Below, in pieces: positions 51,301 to 62,795 of a DNA stretch of 64,000 nucleotides. Positions within the stretch are counted from its first letter, which is position 1. Each line of letters opens with the position of its first letter. The notes beneath the pieces are model-generated. The model did not search any database, was not told the DNA's origin, and saw only the letters and a program-made list of their open reading frames with translations. The DNA is from Marsupella aquatica. Taxonomy: Eukaryota; Plantae; Marchantiophyta. Position numbers and translations under genes: made by a program. The stretch lies in contig OZ316894.1 of NCBI GenBank assembly GCA_973895155.1, positions 10,447,874-10,511,873 on the forward strand, written 5' to 3'.

Positions 51301-53507
51301 AAAGAAACAAGAAATACATTTCCAACAACAATGAAGAGCGTGGCAAACAATATTCTGCATGGACATGAAAGACAATTCATTAGTACTTGCCGAAATATCG
51401 AGCTGGGAGTGGACCAGCTGGGCAGTAAAATATGGACATTTTGGGCTGAGAAAATCAGACAACTCGTACCTTCCGGTCACCGTCTCCTTCAACACCAAAT
51501 AAGCAAATACAACATTAGACACAAACTGCACTGATCCCAATGCTGCCAGCAGCGACTGCAAGAGGTGGCAACCACAAACTGCTTCAGTACTCTATCTGTC
51601 AAGTGAAAGAAAATCTATACCAAAGCGTTTATTACAATTTCATACAGATCCGCTCGGGCAAGCCATGTGGTTGTATATAAATTGTTTTTGTGCATACCTA
51701 ACAACGAGAAATTATACAGAACTAAAGTAATTGAGGACCTCGTTTTCAGAACTGTAACCCTCCTAGTGGTACAGCGCTACTCAGATAGGTAAGAATGTGT
51801 ATCTTTGATTCCATTGGGCGGTACCACCTTTGAATTGAGTCTTATCAAAACCAAGTCATGAACTCGGGCAGCCATTCGGTCGACATGGACAATGCTGGTA
51901 GCTATGAAAATTAACCATTTTGACTTTGGGCATGGAACGTTTGAAACTCTTCAATATCAGAGACATGCAAACTTTCGACAGGACGTCATTATAAAGAGAT
52001 GGGTAGAAGTGTGAGTCCGACCTGGGCTGCAAATCCGAATGAAATAAAGTTGAGGCAGTTTCCCAACGAAAATACAATCACCCCTGCAAGGTGATCCCAA
52101 AATCCGATCAGCATAAAGAACCTCAGCCAATTTCCAGTTGTATCCCTCATACGATCGTTAATACTCTAATAAACTATCTGCGTGGAGAGCAATCTCAGCA
52201 ACGCACCAAAGCGCCACGCTTCAAACTGTGTGATAGATTTCCTCGAAACTGTTTTCTCCCCGGTTTCAACAGCTTCCAGCACTGCTGACTTCTCCCTCTG
52301 CATTGACCGAGGCCACTGTTAACCAGCCAGAAATATGCCAGGAAATAAATATAGTCACAGGAACTAAGAACCATTTGTTGACCTGGGTTTTGATTCCGAT
52401 CTGAAATGGCTCACAGGATGTCCGGCATCCATCAGAGGCGCTACGTCAGGAAGACGTATCATTGTAGAGAAACGACATGATAGATTCCAAGATCTGAAAA
52501 TGCCTCGATCAGTTACTGTACTGTAAAACAGTACCGCGGAAAGGGTGCCCACACCTCACAGGTACTCCGCGAGGAAGATGTCATAATGTTTTACCGTGAC
52601 CTGACTGGGGATGATCATTAACAAGATCTGGGCATTCCTTGCATCCTAAACGCTTGATTATTTGTTCTGCGTGTGGCGTCAGTGCGTAGTCTCATGATCT
52701 GGTCCTCAAAAGGCATCGCCATGATATCGCTGCACTGCTTCCTAAAACAGCAAATCCTATAATAGAGTTTGATACATTCTTGGACTGTGTCACCTAATTG
52801 CGATGATTTTACGCATTTCTCATGCCTGGAGGCGTCTGCACAATCTCATGCCACGATTTAATCTCTGGGAACGGACAACATTAAGGACTTCTATGCCATG
52901 TACGAGGTCCTACAAATTGACCTGCCTCCCAGATTATCTGCTCATGAACGACAGAGCGAAACCTCAGAGCTTCCTCTGCCCATTAATGTGGCGCTGCACC
53001 GAAAAGTAAGGTTGCCACGGACCGAAAACGGTTTACCCAAGCCCACAAGGTCAAGGAGAAGAGACAACTGACGAGAAGCTTTTGTCAAATCATTGAAGCA
53101 AAGCTGAATGAAAGACGAGAAAATAAATGCGGTAAGGCAGTTCAGTTCTGAAGAGGCTCTGCAGGAGAAGGAAGAGGACGGAGATGCCAGCATTGTGATG
53201 CAATGCACATGTTAGCGACACAAATCTGACCTAAATATCAGATTGAGCCAGGAGGACTTGCTGACCCAGGGACTTGACGTAATCGCGCCCATTATGCTTT
53301 CCTTCGCAGCGGTGGGAGCAAAGAACAATCAGGGTTCGTGTGGTATTACATTGAGCGTGTGCACCGCTGGCCTCATTTAGGGAGCGCGAAGGTACTGTAC
53401 GATCAGAATCTTACCTGATTGTGACCTAATTTTAGAAGATTTGTTCCAAAATTGATCGAAATGCTTCCCAATATGTTAATCGCAGCTCCAGTCACCCATT
53501 CTCCCAT
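48324..53507 (-). CDS. NIPA8: Probable magnesium transporter, NIPA family (NIPA8-like), 13 exons, 430 aa
   Basis: Exons 53507-53415, 52297-52207, 52083-52022, 51555-51470, 51354-51281, 51033-50931, 50733-50602, 50424-50325, 50198-50079, 49868-49778, 49626-49557, 49268-49172, 48497-48324 (1293 nt, phases consistent, all GT-AG). MGEWVTGAAINILGSISINFGTNLLKLGH, GNCLNFISFGFAAQSLLAALGSVQFVSN, SVLFAKSLS and MARLNEGL...VPMLQISWTFFSI match plant NIPA8 as recalled from memory. Confidence 0.94.
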
Positions 53508-54845
53508 CGTTACAACACGTCACTAGATGAAGACGGCAGCAAGATCTGCGCGCCAGGCTTTCTGCTGTCTTCGGAACCCTCCCTTCAACCCCTACATTAC
53601 GTCCCCGAAACCTCTCGCCTTCCTCTGCTCTGCTCTGCTCTTCTCAGCTATCGTCTAGACCAGAAACGCCTGTTGTTTCACCTAATTGATTCCTCAGCAG
53701 CTGAGTGTCAGTCGAGTCCACATTGTATCGAAGTGCTCTATCTCAGAGGCATCTGCTCCTGCTGTTAATAACAATTTACAGTCCGCCGCCTTCGCAGTAG
53801 ATCTCTTTTCCCTGATGCAATAATTGCCTCTGCAAAAGCGATCGGACAAGTCTCCCCTGCCCTGATCCTCGTTGCTCGACGATTGGGAGATAAACACCGA
53901 GCTCCAGACACCTAACCCAAAGAATAAGCCACAGATCCGATCAATCAATCAAGAAGATGCAGCTAGCGGACGTTACATTGTTGCCTAACCATGCCAGAGG
54001 CAAGAACCCCTGCGGGTGCAGTACATCTGTGGTAACCCCTTGATATTAACAACAACAACCACAACAAGCTCATATCGAGATCGGGTAGGCCCAACTCTTC
54101 TCAGCGTTGATACATAATCCAGGCACCAAACAACCGTACTGTACTTATGTCCAGCCGTCTACAACATGATCGCATCACATTTACATCCTCCCGTCCTCGG
54201 CCAGTCCCTCCCTGCCGACAAACTTACCTGTGTACAATGCTCTTCGTTCATCAAAACATTTCCTCCACTCTCCCAACTTAGAGCCTCTCTGTTTCTCTCT
54301 CACTCTACCCCTCCTCTTTCGCGAACTCGCGCTGCTTTCGGCTGTTTCTGCACGTCAGTCACTGTTGCAATGGAAACCAGTGTGTTGACGAATCTTAAAA
54401 TCATGCTATGACTCTGCTGTGCATTCCCTGGGCCCTACCTCCTTGACTTCCCTCGGGTTCTTCACCCAAATATGGTCCTTGAGTCCTTCGCTATGTCAAA
54501 TGCCGCACTTCCATCACAATTGGGACTACACGGTAACTAAAAGTGGTCCCTCACGGTATTTCTGCCGCTACGCTCGGCGCAACATCGGCAACACTAGCCT
54601 AGCGAGGAGCGAGAAAGTTTCAGCGTGACGAGGACAAAAAATAGTCTTTGCGTTCGGCACTTTGGCCCGACGGCAGACAGCCGACAGACCCGGAAGCAGG
54701 TGGTCTAGTCGTGTACCAGCATCACAGTCAAGTGCCGTAGCGTCATCCTTCATTCACGTACCGACGAAGCACAAAGCCCAGCCAACCAACAGCCAACAAC
54801 AATTGGGCACACCGCTCTCCATCCACCACCATCCTGCAGTAGAAA

Positions 54846-55113
54846 AAGCGGGATCAGAGAAACATCGTGGAGATATCTCCATTCACACCTCTAAAGCATA
54901 TTCTCAATTCGAGCGAAGCGACTGTCGGTCTCCGAATGAGTTCGCGTTCTTCTCGTAAAGAAGCACGAGGACATCCAGAAGCGGATCAGAGAAACATCAT
55001 GGAAATACCTCAATTCACTCCTCTAACCATAGCTCGCAATTCTCAATTCCAGCGAATCGATTGTCGATCGCCGAATAAGTTCGCGTTCTTCTCGTGAAGA
55101 CAACGAGGACATC
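54846..55113. repeat. ~133-bp diverged tandem duplication upstream of NIPA8
   Basis: GGATCAGAGAAACATC(G/A)TGGA...GTTCGCGTTCTTCTCGT...ACGAGGACATC starts at ~54846 and ~54979. Confidence 0.85.
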
Positions 55114-56638
55114 GATCTACTTCCTCCTTTTCCACCGATCGAGGCAGCGAACCGGCAGAGCAATTCCGCAAGCAGGCACAGTCACGAGCAACAGAAGGAT
55201 TGTACAGGAAACTGCACTCTAGATCTCTCGTGGGCAATCATGAAATCAGATGAGGCGAAGTGGTGAAGGAAACTCGTGAGAGTTTGGTGTTGCGTGGCCG
55301 CGTGGGTCCTCCTCTGGACCATTTCTAAATTCGCCACTGGGGCGAATGGTACCATGCTCAAATATTCTGTACCTACACCTTCTAGATCTACTTCTGACCG
55401 TTGGATCTACCATGATTGTAGGAGGTCAGATCCCTTAGATTGGAAGATAACCGTCAGATTGTGAGTTTGGTGGGGAACCGGGAAAAGGTCCCATGTTATA
55501 TTCTATTTTATTCTATTCTGTTAGAGTATATATATATATACTACACTTCAAAGTCTACTTTTCATTAGCTACTCTTTAGTGGGAAGGCATAGGCACCATT
55601 CTCACATTTCGATTACCTGCTGTGAGTAAGAAAGGGTACCAGTTTGGTGTTGCATGGGTCCTCTTGAGGGAAATCTTTAATCTCAAAGGAATTGACATTA
55701 GCCACCTGGTGACTGGGGCAAAGAGTGTCACTCTCTATACCATGATAAAGCTTGTTGTTTTCTTTAAACCACAACTCGGGGTATAAAGGGACCCCGATCC
55801 CTGCCGGAGCTGGTTGCCATTCTGCCTGAGCCATGCCAGAGTCCCTGCCATTGCTCCCATACCCGGCCGCTGCGGCCCGCCCACCTGGCTCCCAATCCCA
55901 CCTCCCCACCAACCTTAGGCACCTCCCAACAGCGCCTCCCAGCACCTCCCAGCAGCCTCATGCTACCCTTGTGCTGTGCTTAGCCAGCCTCCGATCCTCC
56001 ACGACCACGAGCTGCCATCGCCAGCCTCCTCCGAGGACTCGCAACTTGCTGCTGCCCATAGCTCTACCTTGCTGCTGCCCATAGCTCGGATGTGTTTCTG
56101 CTGCTCATAGCTTGACCTTGCTGCTGCGCGCCATCGTTTGTCCTAGCTCTTCAATTTGCACTGATCGTTTTGGAACACCACCTCAAGCTCGAACGTCGTT
56201 GGTGACCAATAGGAGTTGCTTTGTGCCTCCCTCTCCAATCCGAGCTGCGAGCAGCTGCCATAGCTGGAGCTCGGATCCTGCTGCTCTGCTCCTCACACCT
56301 CGTTGTTGTCTCCCTCTGAATCTGAAATCGCTCACAGCTGCTGCGTTATTGGCTGCTGCTCATCAGCTGTTGCGAGCTTGAATAGGGTGCTGCTGCAAGC
56401 TCCCGCTCGACTGGGTGCTACTACAAGCTGTTGCTGAGCTCGATAGGGTGCTGCGAGCTGCTGCTGAGCTCCTGCTGCTGCTTAGCTCCTACTCACCTCG
56501 GTTGCTAGAGGATCGGAAGCTTCAATCAAGGTTGCTGCTCGGCCTAATCTTGTTGATACTCGGCTATTGTTGCTGCTTGGCTGCTGCTCATGATCGGCAT
56601 TTGCTCGGCTGCTACTCGTGATTGGCATCTGCTCGGCT

Positions 56639-56707
56639 GCTGCTTTGATTAAAGCTGCTCTCATCGCTCGCTGCTTTGATTAAAGCTGCTCTCATCGCTC
56701 GCTGCTT
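56639..56707. repeat. Perfect 31-bp tandem duplication inside a GCT-rich low-complexity tract
   Basis: GCTGCTTTGATTAAAGCTGCTCTCATCGCTC x2. Confidence 0.95.
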
Positions 56708-57832
56708 GGCCAATTTCCAAGTTTCATTTTGCAGGGTGCTCGATTTGTGCTCATTTTTGTGCTTGCTGCTGCTTGGTTGCATACCTTGCTGTTACTCAGC
56801 TTCTTTCAGGTGCTCAATCTATGCTCCATTTGTGCTTATCATTGTTGCTTTTCTACTCGCTGTTGCTCCACTGCCATAGCTAGAACTGCATTTTGCCAAG
56901 GTGCACAATTTCTGCTCGTTGCTGCTGGTTTCAAAGTCACTACTGTTGGTTGTGAGCTCCCTGCTCCTCGGCTCTAAGGTCCTCCCACTCATCCCATCGG
57001 TCAAGTGGGGCCCGGATTTTGGGCTTGGCATCTGGTCTCCGCCTCTTCTTGTAATTGATGTCATCGCTCGGATATCGTTGCCTCGGTGGACCACCTCCCC
57101 GTGGGGGGCGTTTCTGCCTCCCATCCGGAAAAGTGGGGGTGACCTGGCATACTCATACTAGCCTATAATAAACCTACACTAAAAAAGACCTATAAGCTCT
57201 AGAATAGAGGCCGAATGCCAAGCCTAACCCGGTAAGCGATGACAAAGTTGCACTAGGCAAAAAAAGCGCAAGTTGAACACAAGTAGAAAGCACAACTAGT
57301 AAGAGATGACAATAGAAAATTGGAGAGGACAATGAAGCCTGAATGCAAGCACACCAGCTCTTTGGCCCTTGCCAGCCCTGTACCCCTCTTTCCCATTGGC
57401 TACATCCTGCCCTCTTCCCCATTGGCTACATCGGGTTAGATCCGCATCGTCCAAAGAAATTTTTTTCAAACCCTAACAGCTTTCCTAACTCGCCACCGCC
57501 CATCTTGCAGTGTGAAATTGTATTCCGCCACCCACATAAGGTGGTCCACATAGTAACTGCCAAAAAGTTCCTTTTCCACAGAGGACGTTGATGAGTTTCA
57601 AACCTAGCACCTCATGTTCCCAGGCAGGGACTTGACCCGAAAAGCTATGGGGAATTCTTCAAAAATACACTAGCAAAAACGTCCTATAAAGCCATACATG
57701 CCGCCCAGGCCCCAAAGGGTAGCGCCCAGGCCCTCTTTGGCCACCACTGCCCAAGAGGAGCCCAGGCCCGACCCAAGGCCTGCCCAAGCCCGACCCGATG
57801 AACGCTCGGATGAACGCCTACCAACACCAAAG

Positions 57833-58119
57833 CTCGGGGGGTTGACTATAAAAAATCTTAGGAACCACGTGCGATCCAAAATAGGTATTTTGGATAGAAC
57901 TTAACTAAATTTTTAAAATGCGTAGAAAGCAAAAGAAGGTATTATAAACTCATGTTTATAGAATATTCTCTAATATATACCTTTTATAAAGTAAAATAAG
58001 TTATTAATATTAAAAATAGAGAATATTCTTGGAATATTTTCTTTATAAAATAGGTCTATTTATATTAGGCTAGGATCGCACGTGGTACCCCAAAATATAC
58101 ACTTAGTTAACCCCCCGAG
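57833..58119. mobile_element. MITE, CTC-G(n) TIR family, subfamily B
   Basis: 287 bp; TIR CTCGGGGGGTT(G/A)ACTA; subterminal inverted ACCACGTGCGATCC; perfect 8-bp TSD CACCAAAG (57825-57832, 58120-58127); AT-rich core not alignable to subfamily A by eye. Confidence 0.93.
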
Positions 58120-58969
58120 CACCAAAGGAGTCCTGCCATAGGCCCTTCCCTAGGCCAGATGTCCCTTGCCTGCCCTGCCTGAAAGTTTTGAAATTTGAAT
58201 TTGTGGCTCAGCCAATCAGAACAAGGCATTCGTTTTTCAATTTTTTCATTCTTATTTTTCATCATTTTTAATCCTAGTTTGTTGTAGACGTAGATCTTGA
58301 AGAGATCTTCAATTTGAGCCATGGATCATTTGGTGAACGGGTGGGATGTCTGGGAGCTTTGATCGAATGGCTGGCAATGGGTGCTCGTCCGCAATCGTGA
58401 ATATCATGTTTCTGTAATGTGTACTCCGAGTGGCCCGAAGTACTTCTACTACAACTTGTGGTTTAAATAAATGAGGACCCACCGTATACTATCACATTTT
58501 TATTTTTTTATTCTATTTTTTTAAAGGGAGCATGGCCCAGGAAACTTATACTATCACATTTTGATGTGTGATTACCGGTTAGGTAAAGTTTACCATTCTG
58601 AACTACTCTATAAAGTCATCGGCAGTAAGATTATGGGGTAACAGGAGATTTTGATACTTAGACCCTAGCATTTTGACATTTGGACTCTCCTTGTGAGTAA
58701 GGATGGTGCAAGTTTGATGTTGTGTGGGTTCTCTTGAGGGCAATCTTAAATCCCTACATAATTCTATTTCCAATTGTGCAAATGGTGCCAAGGTAAAATT
58801 ATAACATATCTAAATTTCCTAGATCTATTTGTCGCCGTCAGATTTTCCTACATATTATTGAGGCAAACCACTTGATTGTGGCTTTGGTGGGAAATCGGCA
58901 AATGATACCCAAAAAAAGTGGCAAGTCTATCATGTTGGTCTCATATCCAAGTGTAGCATTAGTAGAGAT

Positions 58970-59319
58970 TGTTAGGCATTTACTCTTTGGTCTAGACTTA
59001 CTACTATTATTGTAGTTAAGGTTAACCTTAGTTGCAAACTTGGGGTAGGTTACACATGCTACAAACTATATCCCAAGCTGTGTTTGTTTGGATAGGATGA
59101 ACTCAAGCTCATTGTTATAGAGCCAATTGAGAGATCAGGAGATATTGTATTGCAGAGCCTCGATATGGTCAATTGGTGTAGGTGTTGTAAAACTCTTGTG
59201 TATTCTTGTGGGTGTACATCATGGCCTTAGCTGAGGTGAATCACGTATCTATGTGTGTCAATTACTTGTGTGTGGGAATGATCATGGGCTTGTTGTTATG
59301 AATGTAGTCTTGCTCAATA
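58970..59319 (+). mobile_element. Old LTR of Copia family 2
   Basis: TGTTAGG...TGCTCAATA, collinear with 60771-61115; no exact TSD. Confidence 0.8.
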
Positions 59320-59390
59320 GGGGCAAGCATGGGAGTTTAGGTCTAGGTAGAGAGAACCCTTCTTATGCAGTATGTAATTGGGCTAGTTTA

Positions 59391-59709
59391 TGTTAGGATA
59401 TATTAACTCTTAGGTCTAGAGTTATGATTATATCGCAATTAGGGCCTTAGTTGCAGACACACTATATCCAAGTGGTGTTTGTTTGGATAGTGGGAACTCA
59501 CGCTCATTGTTACGGAGCCAGTTGAGAGATAAGGAGAGTTTGTGTTATGGATGTTTGGTATGGCCAGTCGGCCTAGAGTGTAATAAAGCTCTTGTGTGTT
59601 CCTGTGGACATAGCCTCATGTGGAGGTGAACCATGTATCTCTCTGTGTCAACTACTTTATTGTTGGATGGTTATGGACATGCCGTTGTGAATGTTGTTTT
59701 TGCTCAATA
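59391..59709 (+). mobile_element. Solo LTR of Copia family 2
   Basis: TGTTAGG...TGCTCAATA, collinear with 60771-61115 apart from a short internal deletion; flanks GTTTA/GTTTC (4/5 TSD). Confidence 0.85.
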
Positions 59710-61117
59710 GTTTCAGCCAAATATAACTAATGAAGTCAAGAATGAAATTTGATAATGATAGAATTTAGTCACTTAGAAAAACCTTGGCCCACTGGCCAAG
59801 TCCCCACAGCTCTAGGGTTCACCATATGGACAATCAAATTCACTCAAAAAAAAACTAATCATTGACATTTTAAGTCCCTTGGACAAATTATGTTTTATAT
59901 GAAACTTGGGAAGACTTCTCTAATGCATACTTACTACAATCACAAGCATTCTGATGTAAAACACTGACGTGTCTGTATTTTTAAAGGAGAAAAATCAAGA
60001 TATAGAGAGGTTATGTATGGCAGGATGCTATACTTTGAAAATTAAATGTTGCAACTTTTCAGGGCATGCCAGAATCTGACAACTATCCTTAAATGTGGCC
60101 AGATCCAATGAGTTGAATCAATTAAGAAATTTAAATAGGGAAGATTCCCTGAACCTCTATGCTCATAATGAGTTCACAAAGGTTAGGTGAAGGGGACTAA
60201 GTACCCAAAAACTTTAAAGGTTCTAAATTTTTGTCTAGGGTGGCTATTGTCACCTTGTACGAAGGAGACATACTAAGAATATTCAATATCTAATTTGATT
60301 ATATATTAGAGTAACCTTAAATAGTTAGATCTCCCTAGGTTTAAAGCTAACCCTCAAATTCTAGCTGGTGGAGTATGTGGCTAGGTGTGGAACCAGCTGA
60401 TGGAAGAAGAAAATTGCATAGCTAATTTTGGCCAAAAGTGAAGAAGAATTATCAGTGAGGTAGAATGTAGCCAATTTTTGCAAATAAGAAAAAGCCGGAA
60501 GGAAGCTATGCCTGAGCTAAGAGAGTGGTGCACCCGAACATGTACCTTCATTATGAACCACACCACTTCCACATGGGCGGTTAGTTCAACGACATTTTGG
60601 CAGGTCTTGTTTTTCTTTTGTGGTATCCCTACTAGGGTAGCTCATAACTTGTGCATGGGCGCAACTATGATTTATTTTGTAAGGGAAACTGTCCATTTAA
60701 TTTTTTTTGTTTTGGCACTCAAAAGAGAATTGTCCATATTAGACCTGGCAAGTGAGGAAACCCAAGTTTTTGTTAGGATTTACTCTTAGGTTTAGAGTTA
60801 CGAATGTACCGTAGTTAAGGCTAACCTTAGTCGTAGACTTGGTTAGGTTAGTCATGCTATGCACACTCTATAACCAAGCGGTGTTTGCTTGGAGAGGGGG
60901 AACTCAGACTCATTGTTACGGAGCTAGTTGAGAGATAGAGAGAGCTTGCGCTGTGGATGCTTGGTATGGCCGGTTGGCCTAGAGTGCAGTAAAGCTCATG
61001 TGTGTTCCCGTGGACGTAGCCTCATGTGGAGGTGAACCACGTATCTCTCTGTGTCGACTCTTGTGCGTTGGATGGTTCATGGGCTTGCCGTTGCGATTGT
61101 CGTCTATGCTCAACAAT

Positions 61118-61129
61118 TGGTATCAGAGC
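61118..61129 (+). promoter_or_regulatory. Primer-binding site complementary to initiator tRNA-Met
   Basis: TGGTATCAGAGC two bases after the LTR end. Confidence 0.95.
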
Positions 61130-62795
61130 ATGCCTGGGAGGTGACGAGGTATTTTCGTGACGGTTTTCCAGCGTTCATTGTTGGTGTTGCATTCGGGGTT
61201 TCGTCGCATGAAACTCAAATGTGTGTGGCTGAGCGAATAGGTTAGTGAGAGGGCTTTCTAACGATGGTTAGAACTCGCTGATCGGTATCCGTGGTGCGGA
61301 GGAATTGAAGTTTGCATCGTTTAGGGTTTATTCGTGTTCGACGGGATTTTGGGGGAGACACCAGAGATTTTTTTTCAACAGTGTGAGTTGTGCGGTGCGG
61401 GAGGCATCGCATGTTATAGCTCAAGTTGAAGGTTGAAGCGAGCTAGTCGTTTTGGTACCTGGTTTGCTGGCGTTTGTGGAGCGAGTGCGTCGTGACGAGT
61501 GAAAGTTGAGTTCTGGTTTTTTGACAAGCTATGGTGCTTGTTTTTCCCTGAACCGGATTACTCGTCGTGACGCTTGACTCGGAGGAAGAAACGCGAAGTG
61601 CTGAGGCTCAACGGAGAGATCGTGGTGAGGCGATCATTTTGAGTCCGGGATTGGCCCTTGACGCGGAGAGAGCAAGACATGGCGGAGGTTTTCTCTTCTT
61701 TGGTGGAGCTGCATACGTGCCGGTGCAATTCGACAACATTTTCATGTCGGCGGTCATCACTTTTCTCATTGGAAACCGAAGCGGAGGTAGTTGAGGTTTG
61801 TAACACAACCTTTGTGTCATTTTTTGGCACATTTTAAGGTTAGTTTAGGGCATTTTTTACCCCCATATGGCCTGTATACCGTCAAATCCCGACAAACCTA
61901 CTTTGCCATATGCCCCAGCGCGCGCCCCGGCCTCCCACACCCCTTTAAGCGTAAAAAGGTGCTTTTTCTGGTGAAAATATGGCCCAAAACGCCCTTATAC
62001 GGCCCGAATATGCAAAAATACGCGAGTTTTGACCCTTTTAAACCCGTTTTTTCATGTTTTTTTGCACTTTATACGCGATTCTGGTTGCGAATACGTGCGC
62101 CTTTTCCAGGGGCTTTAAACCCCTTTAAAGAGCTTTTTCGAAAAAAAATCCTCTCCTCCTCCTCATTGGTTGTGCCGCATCCAGGGCTCTATGACCCTCC
62201 ATTTTAACCGCTTAGACAGGGGGAACGGCCCCCTATGACACTTGTCGGATTGTGCGAGAATATTCCTGAAAAACATAGAGCTATTTTTTGGCCATCCGAC
62301 AAAGATTCCGTTCGCCGAACTTTTTTGGTTCTTTTTCAGCGAGGTTGTAGCCATTGAAGTTGGCAACGCGGTGCACCGATCACATCACAATTCCGACGAT
62401 GGGTTGTACTTGGTATTTTGGTTATTCCCTGAGGTGGTCAAAATGGGGGAGTTTCCCAAGGTTTTACCCACCTCGACCAAAATTTGATTAACTTTTCCGT
62501 CAAATTTTGATTTTGATTTCGGTTTTCAGTATTGGACTCCTAGCTTTGTGGGCTACGTGGCGGTGTTGAGTTTTGAGTTTTTTGAGAAGTTGTGAAAAAC
62601 AACATTTTTGTGATTTTCTCATATGAGTGATTCGGAGGAGTTTTTCGAAGACGTAGAACTTGAAGCACGAGGATCAGCGTGGTGGTTTGAGGGGCAGAGA
62701 GAGGAGCAAGAGGAAAAGCACGTGACACCGGTACCATCACCGGTGCGGCGTGTGGTGAAGGAAGCAGTACTACTACCGGAGCTCACAAGAAGAAG

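Noticed and set aside
53995-54036. QEPLRVQYICG followed by GTAAC, resembling RNA polymerase subunit RPB12 exon 1
   Set aside because: No in-frame ATG, no downstream CxxCG-RILYK exon in the window, and it lies antisense within the likely NIPA8 leader intron.
55780-57170. Many overlapping Leu/Ala/Cys-rich ORFs
   Set aside because: Products of GCT-rich low-complexity sequence; no domain and frequent stops in all frames.
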